Part shown: positions 61,816 to 64,000 of the stretch, in pieces | How positions within the stretch are numbered: the stretch's first letter is position 1 | Layout of the letters: the number at the start of each line of letters is the position of its first letter | From: Hydrolagus colliei | Taxonomy: Eukaryota | Assembly (NCBI GenBank): GCA_035084275.1 | Contig: JAYJKW010000046.1 | Coordinates: 1 to 64,000, forward strand | Direction: 5' to 3' | Length of the DNA: 64,000 bases | Made by a program: the position numbers and the translations under genes | The notes under the pieces: generated by a model | What the model was told of the DNA's origin: nothing | What the model saw: only the letters and a program-made list of their open reading frames with translations | Databases searched by the model: none

Positions 61816-64000
61816 GTCTCTTCACCTCAGCTTNNNNNNNNNNNNNNNNNNNNNNNNNNNNNNNNNNNNNNNNNNNNNNNNNNNNNNNNNNNNNNNNNNN
61901 NNNNNNNNNNNNNNNNNNNNNNNNNNNNNNNNNNNNNNNNNNNNNNNNNNNNNNNNNNNNNNNNNNNNNTCCTGCTGCCCTCCTATCTCTCCCCCCCAAC
62001 CGCACCCCCCCCCCCCCCCACTGTCGGCTTGTCGGACTCGAACTCTCAATAAACGATAGAACTCAGTGAACTGTTGACTCCCTCTCTTTCCTGTTGCTCG
62101 AGCCTCGAGTTCTGTGGGTGTCTTGACGTCTGACTGGGAGCTCCCGCAGCTCAGTGGGTTAGAGCAACGCACTAGCTCGCCTTACAAGCCGCGAGAGAGA
62201 GACCTGGGTTCGAATCCAGGCAGGTCAGGTCAGGAAGAGACCTCGGGACACGTTTCCTTACTCCACACACATACACACAGACACACACACACATGCAGAC
62301 ACACACACATACAGACTACATAGACACACACACAGACAGACACACACAGACACACACGCGAGTTTTAAACGGTAGAAACATAAGAACAATAATAAAGAAT
62401 AATAATCCTGGCGTTTGGATATCGCGGCTTCTCCCATTTTATCGACCGTGTCTCGAAGCTCTTCACGGGATAGACCGTCGAGTGTGGTGACTGTGTGTAT
62501 GTGTCTGGGGACCCAAATCTGATGATGTGAGAAGGGCTCAGTTCCTTATCCACAGGAAACACCTGCTCTCTCTGCCACTGAATTAGAATCTGTGCCTCTT
62601 AATACTGACCTGACCTGAAAGCCGACCACTGGAGACTGGTTAAAAATACTCCAAGAAACAGCTCAAGCTGTGAACACACACACTCACACACACTCACACA
62701 CACACTCACACTCTCACTCACTCACACACACACTCACACACACACTCACACTCACTCACATTCACTCACACAGCCACACACACACACTCACTCGCACACA
62801 CAGATACGCACACACACACCACACATACTCACGCACACACTCAACACACAGTCACACACAAACCATACACACAAATACACACACACGCACACTCCACACA
62901 TACACACTCACACGCAAACCACACACACACACACACACCACACAGACTCACACGCAAACTCCACACACACACACACACTCCACACACACACACAAACACA
63001 AATACGCACACACGTATTGGTGAGGGGGGTGGGGGTCAATCCCAGCTGTGTCCTGTGACAAGCCGTGGCCGCCGCTCGAACCCCCTGCTCCCCGCCAGCC
63101 ACCCCCTGATGGTCTCCCGTCCACTCGCGAGTCTCTCGAATCGGTGACGAGGCCCAGAGAGAAACAATAATCTCCCGAATTATATAGAAATCTAATAATC
63201 ACATTAATGTTAATAATCACCGATCCCGGCATTGGATACGGCGGCGTTTTGTTTTCGACGGCGTCTAGAAGCGCTTCGCGGGATAGACCGTCAAGTGTAG
63301 TGACTGTATGTACATGGATATATTTGAGGGAGAGAGAAACGCGGCAGCCGATTGCGCACGGCAGCGTCACCCACCCCCCCCCCCCCACACACACACACAC
63401 ACACACTCACTCACAGATTGAAATGACAGATTTTTTATCATAGGGGTATTTTTGGAGGGATTATTATTAGGCGTGTGTGTGTGAGTGAGTGTGTGTGTGT
63501 GTTGAGTGTGTCGGTGTGTGTGTGTCCAAGTGTGTGTGTGTGGAGTGTGAGTATGTGTAGAGTGTCTGTGTGCATATTTGTGTGTGTGTGTGGAGTTTGT
63601 GTGTGAGTATGTGTGTGTGTGTCTGTTTGAGTGCGAGTGAGTGTGAGTGCGTGCGAGTGTGTGTGTGTCTGTATGAGTGTGTGTGAGTATGTATATGAGT
63701 GTGTGTGTGCGTATTTGTGTGTGAGTGGGTGTGTGACTGAGTGCTTGTGTGTGTGTGTGTGCGAGTGAGTGTGTGTGTGTCTGTGTGAGTGAATGTGAAT
63801 GCGTGTGAGTGTGTGTAGTGTGTGTGTCTATGTGTGTGTGTGTGTGTGTATGTGCGAGTGTGTGTGTGTGTTGAAAGCTTGACCTGTTTGTTGGAGTATT
63901 TTTAACCAGTCTCCAGTGGTCGGCTTTCAGGTCAGGTCAGTATTAAGAGGCAGAGACTCTAATTCAGTGGCAGAGAGAGCAGGTGTTTCCTGTAGATAAG

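Noticed and set aside
6038-63443. Many Cys/Val- and His/Thr-rich ORFs in the track
   Set aside because: Translations of (TG)n/(CA)n tracts, SINEs and N gaps

Overview
Eukaryotic genomic DNA from a cartilaginous-fish IgM heavy-chain locus in cluster organisation. A holocephalan (chimaera) source is an inference, not proven. The window holds six clusters spaced about 13 kb apart, each built on the plan leader-V-D1-D2-J-CH1-CH2-CH3-CH4/secretory tail-TM1-TM2. A-D lie on the minus strand (A is cut by the window start); E and F lie on the plus strand, with D and E head-to-head. Adjacent clusters show four germline V(D)J states: unjoined V-D1-D2-J (A, B), fused D1D2 (C), fused D(D)J (D) and in-frame fused VD1D2 with free J (E); F is an orphan, disabled constant region with no V/D/J. 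Two constant-region types (B/C versus D/E/F) differ strongly in CH3/CH4/tailpiece yet share almost identical TM exons, and cluster C looks like a chimera with a breakpoint just upstream of CH1. The rest is tRNA-derived SINEs with L2-like tails, CR1 LINE 3' fragments, CA/TG tracts and ten N gaps. Exon boundaries and RSS positions were read by hand. Single-base homopolymer indels may be sequencing errors.
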